The notes beneath the pieces were generated by a model that did no database searches, was not told where the DNA came from, and worked only from the letters and a program-made list of their open reading frames with translations. From a virus: a DNA stretch of 63,451 nucleotides. The stretch lies in the IMG/VR virus record IMGVR_UViG_3300033512_000504. One strand, written 5' to 3'. Positions 19,860 through 30,402 of the stretch are shown piece by piece. A program made the position numbers and the translations under genes. The first letter of the stretch is position 1. Each line of letters opens with the position of its first letter.

Positions 19860-22397
19860 TTATTCTATTCTTGCAATTTTACTTAGTCCAAATAGCCCAC
19901 CGCTTTTCTCAATGATAATTTTCGATTCCAACTGATCGCATATTTCTTTATCATGTGAAATAATAATTACCCTGCTGAATTTGTCTTGAAGCTTTCTTAA
20001 CATCTTCAAAACAGCATCTTTCCTGTTTTCATCAAGACATCCAAATATTTCATCGAGACAAATGATTTCTGGTTTTTGAGACGACCTTGAAAATGACAAT
20101 AGTGCCATACCTATATCAACAGCTACTCTTACAATCATCTTCTCTCCACCGCTAAGCATTTCGTAAGAATCGGCAGATCCGCCCTCAATTATCATATCTA
20201 TCTTGGATTTATCATTAATTTCCATTTCAACATTGATAGCTCCATTACTCAATATATCCAGAAACTCTTTAATATAAACATTTAGAAGTGGCAAATATTT
20301 TTTAACGATACGAGTTTGTATACCATCCAATCCATAAACTGTCTCTAACAATACATATCTGGTTAAGGTTTTGCTTTCAACTATCAATTCATTTTGTTTT
20401 TCTTTTAATTTGGAATATGTGGATTCATGATGTGTTATATCTCTATCTAAAAACCCTAATCGCTCAATGGTTTTGCTTTTGACCTCATTTATCTTTTCAA
20501 TTTGTTGATTTTTTTCATCAATTTCGTCCTTGATCTTTTTTGCAGCTTCAATCGCAGTATTGTAATCAACTTTTAATTTTGAAATCTTTTCATTTAATTC
20601 TGCTAATTGTTGATCCAGAGAAGATGTTATAGTTTTTATTTTATATAGATATTGATTGTTTTTGGTCTTCCCTTCTTCGATGCGTTTTATATTCGCATTA
20701 ATATCCTTGATCAATTCTTCGTGATTATTTTTAATATCAACGATGTTGTTCTTGATAGCATTATGTGTTGCTATTTCCCCCTTGATTGTACTTTCTAAAA
20801 CAATATCATCATCGACTTTTCGAAGATTGACTTTTTCATCAGACAAACGTTTATCAATAATATCTTTTTGCTCCGACAATTTATCAGATTTTACAACTAG
20901 CTCTGATATTTTTGCTGTCTGAGTTTCAATTTCCTGCAATATATGATTTTTGTGCACTTTGCTTTTGCATTTGTCACAAACAAAATCGTCTCCGTCTTTT
21001 ATGTTGTCAATTTGCGATTTGAGATTTTTCACTTCATTTAAGAACATGGATTTCGTAGAGGCATGTCCAGCGATTGATGATACTAACTCATCTCTTTCCA
21101 AATTACATTTCGTGATTACAGCTTTAATCTCGTCTCGCTTTAAAATTGAACCTGACAATTCATTCAACTTCTTAGACTTATCAACCTCATTAAATGAATT
21201 AATCTGTGAAGTTATATTTTCGATTTTCAACTTTAAAGAAGACAATGTTGAATTTTTAGATTTTACATCGGCTTCTAATTGTCCGATTTGCTTTTTGCTT
21301 TCGTCTAAAACTAGCTGAATGTCCGCAACTCGCTCTTTCTTTTCTTTTTCTACTGCTGCAATTTCACTTTTGACACGTGACCCATCTTCTTTTATTCTAG
21401 CTACTTTCGTAATCTCTTCGCTTTTCGATAATTGTTCAATATTTGTTTTAAGTTCTGCCACTTTAATATTACATTTGTCTATTTTTTCGCTGCCTTCAAC
21501 TTTCAAACTGTTTAACAAAGAAATAATTTCATCGGATATCGTATCGGTAAAAATCACATTATTGTTACCTGTATATTTTGAATATGTTTGACAAATCGAA
21601 TCTTTTATAAAGTCAACGTTCGCTTTGACATTTTCAACTTTTTTATCCTGCAAATTCTTTTTCTTGCGTATTAATTCCAAGCATCCAGACACTACGTTTT
21701 CCAACATTAACAGACTAATAATCATCTCTTTTTTAGTTTTGTCTGTTCCTGTCAAATACTTACCAGCATCACTTTGACCAAACATCTGACTATTTACAAA
21801 AACATCATAGTCCATAGTAATAACATCAGCAATAGCCTCTGCTGTATCGCTTTTCCTATGGCTACCTCTTTTATCTACAGATGATTCCTTAATGCAATCA
21901 AACTCTAAAATAGGTGTTGAACTTTTATGATTTTTTGAAAAACTTCTACCTCGTTTAATTCGATAAATAGATCCATTGTCTTCAAGATATTCTTCCACAT
22001 ATGATTCAGATAAATTCTCTGGATATTTACGATTTATTTTAGTAACTACCGATAATCCCGCCTTTTCAATCTTATCGTTGTTTGCCGTTTTTCTTACGAT
22101 TTTCTCATAATGGGCATAGCATATACCTTCCAAAATACTAGATTTACCGGCACCATTAGAAGAAGAGCTATCTCCATCAACTATACCGATGATTCCTATT
22201 TCTTTTTCTATACCTCTTGCTTTTGCACTTTCTATATGACCTACTGGATCGGCAGCAAACCCATTGTATATTTCATCCATCGTAGTTTTGCCATTCATCA
22301 AATCCGCTTTCTGCTGAAATGTAAGGTCAAAAACGATTGTATTGTTACTATCGCCAAATCTAAGAAAATTATGTAATTTTAAAGCGTAAACTTGCAT
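19860..22397 (-). CDS. sbcC: SbcC/Rad50-like SMC ATPase
   Basis: NGAGKSS Walker A, CDKC Zn hook, LSGGE, LDEIFGCLD, IISH. Confidence 0.93.
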   Translation of the reverse strand: MQVYALKLHNFLRFGDSNNTIVFDLTFQQKADLMNGKTTMDEIYNGFAADPVGHIESAKARGIEKEIGIIGIVDGDSSSSNGAGKSSILEGICYAHYEKIVRKTANNDKIEKAGLSVVTKINRKYPENLSESYVEEYLEDNGSIYRIKRGRSFSKNHKSSTPILEFDCIKESSVDKRGSHRKSDTAEAIADVITMDYDVFVNSQMFGQSDAGKYLTGTDKTKKEMIISLLMLENVVSGCLELIRKKKNLQDKKVENVKANVDFIKDSICQTYSKYTGNNNVIFTDTISDEIISLLNSLKVEGSEKIDKCNIKVAELKTNIEQLSKSEEITKVARIKEDGSRVKSEIAAVEKEKKERVADIQLVLDESKKQIGQLEADVKSKNSTLSSLKLKIENITSQINSFNEVDKSKKLNELSGSILKRDEIKAVITKCNLERDELVSSIAGHASTKSMFLNEVKNLKSQIDNIKDGDDFVCDKCKSKVHKNHILQEIETQTAKISELVVKSDKLSEQKDIIDKRLSDEKVNLRKVDDDIVLESTIKGEIATHNAIKNNIVDIKNNHEELIKDINANIKRIEEGKTKNNQYLYKIKTITSSLDQQLAELNEKISKLKVDYNTAIEAAKKIKDEIDEKNQQIEKINEVKSKTIERLGFLDRDITHHESTYSKLKEKQNELIVESKTLTRYVLLETVYGLDGIQTRIVKKYLPLLNVYIKEFLDILSNGAINVEMEINDKSKIDMIIEGGSADSYEMLSGGEKMIVRVAVDIGMALLSFSRSSQKPEIICLDEIFGCLDENRKDAVLKMLRKLQDKFSRVIIISHDKEICDQLESKIIIEKSGGLFGLSKIARIE

Positions 22398-23666
22398 TTA
22401 ATTTAATGTCTCCTGATATATTTCTCTGGCTATTTTTATAAGATCCTGTTGCTCATTTAAATCTGCTTCTTTCTCTACTATCAACTCTTCAACTACCTTA
22501 AGAACTAATTCGTCATTTAAGTGTCCATGCTCCAGTATATCAAGCTCAAGTCGGCTTGCATTACGAGATGTCTCAATACTTTCCTCGTCTTGAATAACAT
22601 CTTGCTCCATATATACATATACGGCATTTATCTTATGATTTATTTGTTTCTTTAAATCATCTGTTGCTGCTGAGAACGCAATCAATTTTGATTTCTTACC
22701 TTTAAATTTCAACCTTACAATCGCTCCAATATGTTTATCATAATCAAGACTATTGAATTGGTTATATATTTCATCAATATCTCCCTGTAAATCCAGCATT
22801 GGTCTGCATTTGGGATACTCGATGAATTTTGCCTTACCCATTACTTTATCAATATCACTGTCGTCGTCATAGACAATATAGCCTTTCTTTTGATCGATTT
22901 CTGAAATGTCAGTCTTCTCAATACTTCCAGTATACATTGCTATATTATTTTTTGTAGGTAAGATTTGATGTTGATGATAATCACCAAGAAATACATAATC
23001 TACATCTAACTGATCTAAATCACTGACGCCAATATCTTTGTTAGAACTGTTAACGTATTTTTTTGTTTTTTCATCTCCGTCATCATATGTTTTTAATGTA
23101 GCCCCTTTTACGCCGAAATGTCCAAAAAACATTTTTGTCATATCTTTGTATTTGGGATTATTATCGATTTTTTCTTTGTTTGAAGCCATAAAATCATCAA
23201 ACTGCTGTTTTATACTTATCTCGTTTCTCTCGACTTGCAAAGAATACGGGAAAAGCATAAAAACCTTATCTTTATATTCCATAAAAGTCGGCTCTTCTAT
23301 AATTGTTACATTATTCAACTCTAAACTTTTTACAGGCGATAAGGCATGGTGTTTCCGGCATACATCATGATTACCTACTAAAATTATAACTGGTATATTA
23401 CTTTTGACAAACTTAGTTAACTCTTTATAGAAAAATGCTCTCGACTCATTGGATGGATCATATGTATCATAAACATCTCCAGCAATGACAACTAAATCTG
23501 GCTTGATTGATTTTACGTTTTGACTTACAATATGATGAAATGATTTCATAAAATCAACAGTACGAAATGGTAATGAAGGGTAATCTTTATCCAACGTACC
23601 TTTGTACATCGATTTATTTATATGGCAGTCAGCTATGATAGTTATTTTCATTTCAATATTATACAA
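22398..23666 (-). CDS. sbcD: SbcD/Mre11-like nuclease
   Basis: ADCH, AGDVYD, GNHD, GH, LGDYH metallophosphoesterase motifs. Confidence 0.92.
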   Translation of the reverse strand: MYNIEMKITIIADCHINKSMYKGTLDKDYPSLPFRTVDFMKSFHHIVSQNVKSIKPDLVVIAGDVYDTYDPSNESRAFFYKELTKFVKSNIPVIILVGNHDVCRKHHALSPVKSLELNNVTIIEEPTFMEYKDKVFMLFPYSLQVERNEISIKQQFDDFMASNKEKIDNNPKYKDMTKMFFGHFGVKGATLKTYDDGDEKTKKYVNSSNKDIGVSDLDQLDVDYVFLGDYHQHQILPTKNNIAMYTGSIEKTDISEIDQKKGYIVYDDDSDIDKVMGKAKFIEYPKCRPMLDLQGDIDEIYNQFNSLDYDKHIGAIVRLKFKGKKSKLIAFSAATDDLKKQINHKINAVYVYMEQDVIQDEESIETSRNASRLELDILEHGHLNDELVLKVVEELIVEKEADLNEQQDLIKIAREIYQETLN

Positions 23667-23716
23667 AAAAAAAGAGGATAATCAATGTTGATTACCATCT
23701 TTTTTAATATATTTAA

Positions 23717-24466
23717 TTAATCCGTTTCATTTGTGAATGCGTAGAAGGCTATACCTGTTCTTTCGTTTTCACCCATACTGGTTACAATAAAATCATCCCA
23801 ACAATATAAATCCGGACCTCTCGTAGCCGTAAAACCTCTAGCGATTGCCAAAGCTTTACAGGCTTTACCAATACTGGCATTACCAAAACATCTTATAACA
23901 CATTCTTTGTTTTCTTCAACCGCATGTGTTATAGCTCCAGCCAATTTACGGACTCTCAAGCGTCTTTCTTCTGGATCAATATCCTTTGGATCTGCCTTGA
24001 CCATTAGTATACTTTTAACCTTGTCTAAATCAACTTCTTTTTCTTTTGGTTGAGCAAACGTACAAAAGCATATGCCTGTTAATGTACTATCTCCAATTTG
24101 TGCAGTTAGAAAGGCTGGAGAATAAGCTATTTGCAAATTATGAGTATCTGCTATATAGGATTTTGCGATTGCTAAAGCTTTGCAAGCCTTGCCAATACAT
24201 GCATTGCCAAAAGTCCTTACGTTTATTTCTCCACCAGTTCTTAAAGAATGGCTAATTGCTCCTGCTAATTTTTTAACATTTTTTTTGCGATCATCTGCAC
24301 TAATGTCAGGACTATCTGCTGCTACTTTCAGTGACGGTTTATTGTCAATCAATTCCGCTGTCTTTTCGCCAACGTTAAAATCATAATCTTCATTTGTATC
24401 TTGAATGTTTTCTGTCATGCTCGAACTCCTTTTTCCAAAATTTTCATCAATATTAATCCTATTCAC
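23717..24466 (-). CDS. protein with two tandem SpoVS (Alba-fold) domains
   Basis: Twice LKV/LMV...KLAGAI.H...FGNA.IGKACKALAIA(K/R), matching SpoVS VAGALA...AVKAVAIARGF. Confidence 0.8.
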   Translation of the reverse strand: MNRINIDENFGKRSSSMTENIQDTNEDYDFNVGEKTAELIDNKPSLKVAADSPDISADDRKKNVKKLAGAISHSLRTGGEINVRTFGNACIGKACKALAIAKSYIADTHNLQIAYSPAFLTAQIGDSTLTGICFCTFAQPKEKEVDLDKVKSILMVKADPKDIDPEERRLRVRKLAGAITHAVEENKECVIRCFGNASIGKACKALAIARGFTATRGPDLYCWDDFIVTSMGENERTGIAFYAFTNETD

Positions 24467-24516
24467 ATTAAATAAGATATGTGTTCATTATACAGAGTTC
24501 GTATATTTTCTTACAC

Positions 24517-24549
24517 AAAAAAAGGGACTTTGTGTAAAGTCCCTTTTTT
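24517..24549. terminator. intrinsic terminator (bidirectional-looking)
   Basis: AAAAAAGGGACTTT-loop-AAAGTCCCTTTTTT. Confidence 0.8.
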
Positions 24550-24572
24550 CAAATTATCTATTAATTAGATTC

Positions 24573-25457
24573 TTATCTAATATATTCTAATTTGCGTTTG
24601 TAAAAATCTTTGTTTTTACGTAATTCCCTTAACGACTTCATAAACTTGTCAGTCTCTTTAGTCTTGTTAAGTTCTACCTCATATTTTAGGCGGTTAGTCC
24701 CTTCTATTTCATAGCCTAAAAGTTTGAAATCATCATTCACATGTTCTTTGATTAAGTCGGCGACCATTTTTGTACATTTGCGATTTCCAAAACGATTCGC
24801 CTGTTCTTGGGTGATTTTCAAAGTACCTTGACGAGTCTTGTATTCTTTCATCAATGCTACCAAGCTACTCCCCTCGCCTATCTTTTTCAAAAACTCTTTA
24901 AACTGATCGTTGTCTTTCGAAAGAACATTTAATGTGTCATTAAGAATATAATCTTTGTCGTTAGAATCACTTGACGGTATTACATCTTTAAGAGTAACCT
25001 CAGATCCATCAGTGGCATTATACGAATAGTCAAGCGATAGAATCATCCCTACAGCGGGACCATTGTAGTCTTCTGGTAATCTTTTTTTAGCATGACGACT
25101 GTTTTTAATGTTTTTCAATCTGTTATCCAAGAACGTATACAGGCATGTATTAAATGCTCCTCTGCTACGAATATATTTTTCAGCGGCTTTTACAAATACT
25201 ACAGACAGATCCTCAAATAGATCTTCTACACTGAATGTCAATCCCGGATAATAATGTTTGTTTGCCCAAAATCTAATTGTCGGTATTCTTTGTTTATACA
25301 CATCTTCTAATACTTTTAAATCTCCCGTCTTTTGAAAATATTCAACATCTGCATCTTCCTTATCTCTGTCAATCACAACTGTATCGAATTCATCTTCTGA
25401 AACATCTGTAATAAACTTATTGTTTTTTGTTTTGTCGTCCAATTTGGTATCTGACAT
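24573..25457 (-). CDS. divergent RNA polymerase sigma factor
   Basis: Region-2-like EDLFEDLSVVFVKAAEKY...AFNTCLY; LSLD...TLKDVI. Confidence 0.7.
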   Translation of the reverse strand: MSDTKLDDKTKNNKFITDVSEDEFDTVVIDRDKEDADVEYFQKTGDLKVLEDVYKQRIPTIRFWANKHYYPGLTFSVEDLFEDLSVVFVKAAEKYIRSRGAFNTCLYTFLDNRLKNIKNSRHAKKRLPEDYNGPAVGMILSLDYSYNATDGSEVTLKDVIPSSDSNDKDYILNDTLNVLSKDNDQFKEFLKKIGEGSSLVALMKEYKTRQGTLKITQEQANRFGNRKCTKMVADLIKEHVNDDFKLLGYEIEGTNRLKYEVELNKTKETDKFMKSLRELRKNKDFYKRKLEYIR

Positions 25458-25467
25458 ATTTATTCCT

Positions 25468-26175
25468 TTATTTTGTTATTATCCAACACGGATTTCTATA
25501 TTCACAATTTTTACATTCTTTATTGTCATCATCGTTATAAGGTCTTACTGGAATATCTGTTTGTAAAATCTTATGTTCCATCAATTCTTTAAATTTATTT
25601 TTAATGCCATTTAATATAAGATCATGAGCTATGACATGAGACATAAAATATTCATGAGTATTTCTGTTTTCACATATTAATATTCCATGGCTAACTTCTG
25701 CCAACCACGCCGCAGCCATAACTTCTATTATTTGACGCCGCAGCCCTCCCTGTTCTTGAGCCTTGATATATTCATCAGTTTCTAATTCATCAATAATTAC
25801 TGCTCCAACATAATTTTCACATCTTATAATTGCATCAACAGTTCCTGCTATATTGTAATTTGAGTCGGCAGCTATTACAAAACTATCTATAATTTTTATA
25901 CCCAAAGAATCACTTAAGATATTTACCCATTTTTGTTTAGTGTATTTTAAACTTTGCTGTAACCAAAAAGCTTCTTCACAATCATGTTCTAAAGTACGTT
26001 CTGGTTTTAACGATCCACTTGATCTATATGCGATTCTCCTTGGACATTCCGTCAAATGTTTAATATTATATATTTCATTATTAAATTGAAAATCCCTCTT
26101 TTTTATTTCAATTTTTATACTATTTTTTATTTTAGATAAGAATTTGGTGTCTTGTTTTACAAATTTATTTTGCAT
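25468..26175 (-). CDS. Cas4/AddB-like PD-(D/E)xK protein, catalytic motif degenerate
   Basis: ECPRR, GTVDAI, CKNCEYRNPC four-Cys pattern; expected (D/E)xK is missing. Confidence 0.7.
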   Translation of the reverse strand: MQNKFVKQDTKFLSKIKNSIKIEIKKRDFQFNNEIYNIKHLTECPRRIAYRSSGSLKPERTLEHDCEEAFWLQQSLKYTKQKWVNILSDSLGIKIIDSFVIAADSNYNIAGTVDAIIRCENYVGAVIIDELETDEYIKAQEQGGLRRQIIEVMAAAWLAEVSHGILICENRNTHEYFMSHVIAHDLILNGIKNKFKELMEHKILQTDIPVRPYNDDDNKECKNCEYRNPCWIITK

Positions 26176-26974
26176 GTAATAATCCGTGGTTAAGACCTTT
26201 TGAAACCAATATTCGTATCTTTGCTATTTCTTCATCGCTCATGGTTCGTTCCATAGCCAGAAATGGTTCTAATCCATTTTTTGCTACAAATGAGGCAGGA
26301 TCTTCTCCAACTGGTAATGAGTCAATCGTAGTAATTGTATCGCAAAAAGAGTATTTGTCCAAAATAGTAGCCGCCATCATTTTTGCTTTTGTTCCTGCTT
26401 CATTTTCGTCTGAATCAAAACATAAACAAACGTTATTGCAATATCTTGCCGTTAAACCTATCTTCCTAAGAGTATAGGCAGTTCCCATCACGGCTACAAC
26501 GTTTGTTAAACCAGCTTGAAATAACATTAACGCATCAATATAACCTTCTACGATGTAAATTTTATTCGTCTTGAATATCTCTTTTCTAGCTTTGTCCAGT
26601 AGGAATAATATATTGCCTTTTTTGAAAGGATCTGGCAAATTCCACCATGGGTTGCCGGGTTCTGATGTCGGAACCCTAGTTGCAAACGCTTCTATTTTAC
26701 CGAATCCAGAATATATAGGAACGATGATCCTACCTCTTGTTTTTCGAGATAAATTCCATCGTTCGTTATGACTCTTCTCATAAGTTCCAAAGTATCTAAC
26801 TTGTTCAGGTATGGAGATCTGACTATCGCAATATCCTATTTTGTGAAATACCCAAGTACTTTCTACTAATTGTCTTTCATTCTTAAGATAATTTCTTGCT
26901 GTATCGATCTCCACACCTGAACCGTTAATTAAATTGTCATTGCAACTTTGTATAAACTCCAGCATTTGCAACAT
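26165..26974 (-). CDS. dnaG: DnaG-type primase core (TOPRIM) without N-terminal zinc-binding domain
   Basis: RIIVPI, IVEGYIDAL, VAVMGTA, CFDSDENEAG, EDPASF. Confidence 0.88.
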   Translation of the reverse strand: MLQMLEFIQSCNDNLINGSGVEIDTARNYLKNERQLVESTWVFHKIGYCDSQISIPEQVRYFGTYEKSHNERWNLSRKTRGRIIVPIYSGFGKIEAFATRVPTSEPGNPWWNLPDPFKKGNILFLLDKARKEIFKTNKIYIVEGYIDALMLFQAGLTNVVAVMGTAYTLRKIGLTARYCNNVCLCFDSDENEAGTKAKMMAATILDKYSFCDTITTIDSLPVGEDPASFVAKNGLEPFLAMERTMSDEEIAKIRILVSKGLNHGLLHAK

Positions 26975-27009
26975 AATATTTTTTCTTTCAATGCGTTGCT
27001 AAGTTCCTA

Positions 27010-28248
27010 TTACTCGTCAATATCAATCAAATCTCCATCGCCAGTATCTTGATCTGTAATTTCTGGAGCAACTTCGCTATCAACTTCTACTATTGCACCT
27101 TCCATAGGTGATACGATTAATGCAGGATTGTCTCTAATTTCAAGTATCGATGGATCAATCTTGGATTCATCATCATGTTCTTCAACATGCTTCTCGATAT
27201 AAGCTTGAAGGACTATTTGAACCAAATCATTTTTAACCAAATAGTCGGCTAATTCTACATTTGTTTTCTTTTCAGTGTCAATGTTCTTCTTAGCATCTTC
27301 AAATAATTCTTTACTAAGACGATACGTATTATCTCGAATAGATATGATTTTGAATTCTTTTGCAGCCTTACATAATTTAACAACTGGATTTCTAGCAGTC
27401 TGGTCAAAAACAATTTCAATAACGCATTCACCAAAAGGTCTAGCGGATTTATTTTTTACAAACTGAACCCAACTCTGTCTGGCAATAACTATGTCCTTTT
27501 CACCTTCTTTAACTGTAACCTTTTTGCCGGGAGTCACTTTAATTCTTTGATGACTATAAAACCGCAATGCTTTGCCACCGGGAGTTGTTTCAGGGTTTCC
27601 GAACATAATACCAACCTTGTCTCGAATCTGATTAAGAAAGACAACAGTTGTATTGGTTGTTGAACAATTAGAAACAATCTTTCTACATGCTCTAGACATA
27701 GCTCTAGCAAGTTCTGCCACCTTTTGATCTTCGATACTTCCTTCCAATTCGGCTCTTGGAATCAAAGCCGCAGTAGAGTCAATAACAATCAAACCAAACA
27801 CACCGCTTTCGCATAGTTTATCAACATATTCCAAAATGGTTTCTGCTGGTAATGGAGAACGCATAATATACAAAGAGTCTGTTTCAACTCCGTGAGAATT
27901 AGCCCAAACGGGATCATATGAGTTTTCCGCATCGACTAAACATGCAGCCATGCCTGATTTTTGTGCAGATGCGATAAGTTTAAGAGACAAATAAGATTTA
28001 CCACCAGATTCAGTTCCGAATATTTCAACCATTTTGCCCTGAGGAATGCCACCGCAAAAGCTTGCATTATCAACATCCGTATATCCGAAAGAAATTACAG
28101 GAACGTTTGCAAAATCAGCCATGGTTGGAGCCTTTACAACTACTGGAGCACCAGTATTCTTCATTGACTTTTCAATATTCCGTAGAATTGTATCTATCGA
28201 TTTAACCTTTACATTTTCATTTGAAACTACTTTTTTAGCGATTGGCAT
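27010..28248 (-). CDS. recA: RecA recombinase
   Basis: GTESGGKS, VIDSTAALIPRAELEG, NQIRDKVG, ETTPGGKALRFY. Confidence 0.97.
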   Translation of the reverse strand: MPIAKKVVSNENVKVKSIDTILRNIEKSMKNTGAPVVVKAPTMADFANVPVISFGYTDVDNASFCGGIPQGKMVEIFGTESGGKSYLSLKLIASAQKSGMAACLVDAENSYDPVWANSHGVETDSLYIMRSPLPAETILEYVDKLCESGVFGLIVIDSTAALIPRAELEGSIEDQKVAELARAMSRACRKIVSNCSTTNTTVVFLNQIRDKVGIMFGNPETTPGGKALRFYSHQRIKVTPGKKVTVKEGEKDIVIARQSWVQFVKNKSARPFGECVIEIVFDQTARNPVVKLCKAAKEFKIISIRDNTYRLSKELFEDAKKNIDTEKKTNVELADYLVKNDLVQIVLQAYIEKHVEEHDDESKIDPSILEIRDNPALIVSPMEGAIVEVDSEVAPEITDQDTGDGDLIDIDE

Positions 28249-28287
28249 AATTCTCCTTATGATCTTTATTTATAAAATTGTGAATAG

Positions 28288-28325
28288 AAAAATTGATGGA
28301 CGGTATTTCACGTCCATCAATTTTT
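28288..28325 (-). terminator. intrinsic terminator after ssb
   Basis: AAAAATTGATGGACG...CGTCCATCAATTTTT hairpin. Confidence 0.7.
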
Positions 28326-28333
28326 ATAATGTA

Positions 28334-29095
28334 TTAAAACGCAGTTTCATCGTCGTCGCCGAAAAGATCGTCCGATTCCGCTGGAGAATCAGGCATAGTC
28401 TCAGTCATATCAACTTCTTCGACTTTGCTTGCCGCCTTACCCTTTGGCTTTTCAGAATGACTATCTGAATCGGAATCCTTATCCTTGGCTTCTTCACGCT
28501 TAGGAGCGACCTTGGCTTCATCTGGAAGTGCATCCCATAGCTCTTTGATTTTTTCAATCGGAGTCGTTTTGTAGATTTCCTTCAAAGGAGCCTTGTTTGC
28601 CTTAATCATCTCGATTTCAGCCTCTGTAAACGGAGTGGGCTTAGATTTAGCAGTCGCAGAATAACTTGTCTGCAATCCACTACCTTCAACCGAAATAACC
28701 CAATCAGTTCCGTCCTTGCCAGCAGGATTAACATCGTTAACCTTGTTATATCGTGCGAACTGTTTAAAAAGACTCTTACCCTTCTCAAGAATCTTAAGTT
28801 TACCATCCGCTCTATCAATCACATGAATAGCGAAAGTTTCTCTTGGGTAAAAACCAGCTTGCCACGCAGGATCTTGATTTTTATAATCATCATGCGTAAT
28901 TACTCTCGCTGAGAACGGTGCCCAGTGACGGCGGAATTTAACATGATTCCCTACCAATCGAACTGTATTATCGCCCTGCTTAAGTTGCATAAATGGCGTT
29001 CTTTTGTTAGTACTTCCACCACCCTTTGATTTTTCATCATCCTGAAAATCATTTACCCAATCACCTACATCTGCTTGTCTTTCTGCATCACTCAT
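28334..29095 (-). CDS. phage gp32-like single-stranded DNA-binding protein
   Basis: LKQGDNTVRLV, VIDRADGKLKILE, acidic tail ending DDDETAF; next to recA. Confidence 0.7.
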   Translation of the reverse strand: MSDAERQADVGDWVNDFQDDEKSKGGGSTNKRTPFMQLKQGDNTVRLVGNHVKFRRHWAPFSARVITHDDYKNQDPAWQAGFYPRETFAIHVIDRADGKLKILEKGKSLFKQFARYNKVNDVNPAGKDGTDWVISVEGSGLQTSYSATAKSKPTPFTEAEIEMIKANKAPLKEIYKTTPIEKIKELWDALPDEAKVAPKREEAKDKDSDSDSHSEKPKGKAASKVEEVDMTETMPDSPAESDDLFGDDDETAF

Positions 29096-29218
29096 ACTGC
29101 CTCCCTTTACTGTTTGTTCTTGTTTCTACCGTTTACAACTTTGAGATTCTTTCTTCAACTAATGACAGAGTAATTATACAGTAAAATTATAAAATATTTC
29201 ATATTTATTTTATAAAAA

Positions 29219-30013
29219 TTAAAATGATAATTCTTCGGCTTCTATGCTAGCGTTACCATCTTCAACATTCTTTTCTTCATCGTCTTTATCTTCTTTATCA
29301 ACTGGATTACCAATAGATTCAAATCCATCATGTAAAGACCCCTTGTTAAAATCAAAATCAGGCAACGACCCACGACCCATATCAAACATCTTTAATTCTG
29401 ATTGAATTATAGTAATTTGTCTGGATATGGCATTGCTCTGACTATCAAGGTTTCTCAGTACATTGTCGCAAACATTATTTAATGCCTCAATCTGAGCTAA
29501 ATCCATATTAAAATCACTTAATCTGAAAGCACAATCTGCTTTTCGTTTGTCCTGACTAGACCCATCAGCAAATTTACCCCAAGCCTCAGTTAAAATACTT
29601 ACTGCTCTTTTCTTGAATGTATAACATCTAACAACCATTTGGTGTATTTCTGACAATCTATCTTTTGATGCTTGAACTTTTTGAAGCTTTAGATTTATTA
29701 ATTGCAATGTTGGCGTAGGATTTGACTCAACATTTAAATTAGCGACTTCTTCATGGATATCGTCATAATTTATCTTTGGCAATGTGGAATATATCTTCAA
29801 AAACCGCTTAACTACATCCTTAAATCCATCAGGATAATTATCTCCAACCAATATCGGCAAATCATCAGAAGAAGAATTTTCAACCTTATCAAATCCATTG
29901 CCAACAGACTCAACAATATCGGCTTTATTAAGCTCTAAATCTTCCGCACTTTCTTTAGTTGCGGAGATTGTCTTTTTATCGCTAAAAAAATCGTCGTCAA
30001 ATATATCAGCCAT
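29219..30013 (-). CDS. hypothetical helical protein (possible recombination mediator)
   Basis: 264 aa coiled-coil ORF in the recombination block. Confidence 0.5.
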   Translation of the reverse strand: MADIFDDDFFSDKKTISATKESAEDLELNKADIVESVGNGFDKVENSSSDDLPILVGDNYPDGFKDVVKRFLKIYSTLPKINYDDIHEEVANLNVESNPTPTLQLINLKLQKVQASKDRLSEIHQMVVRCYTFKKRAVSILTEAWGKFADGSSQDKRKADCAFRLSDFNMDLAQIEALNNVCDNVLRNLDSQSNAISRQITIIQSELKMFDMGRGSLPDFDFNKGSLHDGFESIGNPVDKEDKDDEEKNVEDGNASIEAEELSF

Positions 30014-30043
30014 GATTTTATACCCGATGTTATTAATTATACG

Positions 30044-30382
30044 TTAATTCGATTCGTAAACAATCAAATAATCATTTCCGCTTAAATAACATGTTTGACT
30101 AGGCATTAAAGTAAACGTCATTTCTCCAATGTCATCTCTTGAAATCTTAATGGACTTACAATTTTCAATTGATCCAGATCTGAATTGATCAATTGTAGGC
30201 GTACCAGCATGACCAGATATTTCAACCTGAACTTTAACTGATTTACCAATACTTCTTTCTGTGCATTCAACACCAAACGCCTGAATGTCATTAATTGAAG
30301 CGACTTGTGATTCAAAAGCTTTCTCAAACATAGAAACTATTTCTTCGCTGCTAACTCTACCAATGTTCATTGCTTTACTCAT
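30044..30382 (-). CDS. hypothetical protein
   Basis: 112 aa with AGGAG RBS. Confidence 0.6.
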   Translation of the reverse strand: MSKAMNIGRVSSEEIVSMFEKAFESQVASINDIQAFGVECTERSIGKSVKVQVEISGHAGTPTIDQFRSGSIENCKSIKISRDDIGEMTFTLMPSQTCYLSGNDYLIVYESN

Positions 30383-30402
30383 GTTATTCTCCTTTTTTTA
30401 TT

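Noticed and set aside
25468-26175. CRISPR-Cas locus
   Set aside because: Solo Cas4-like gene in a replication block; no cas1/cas2 or array.
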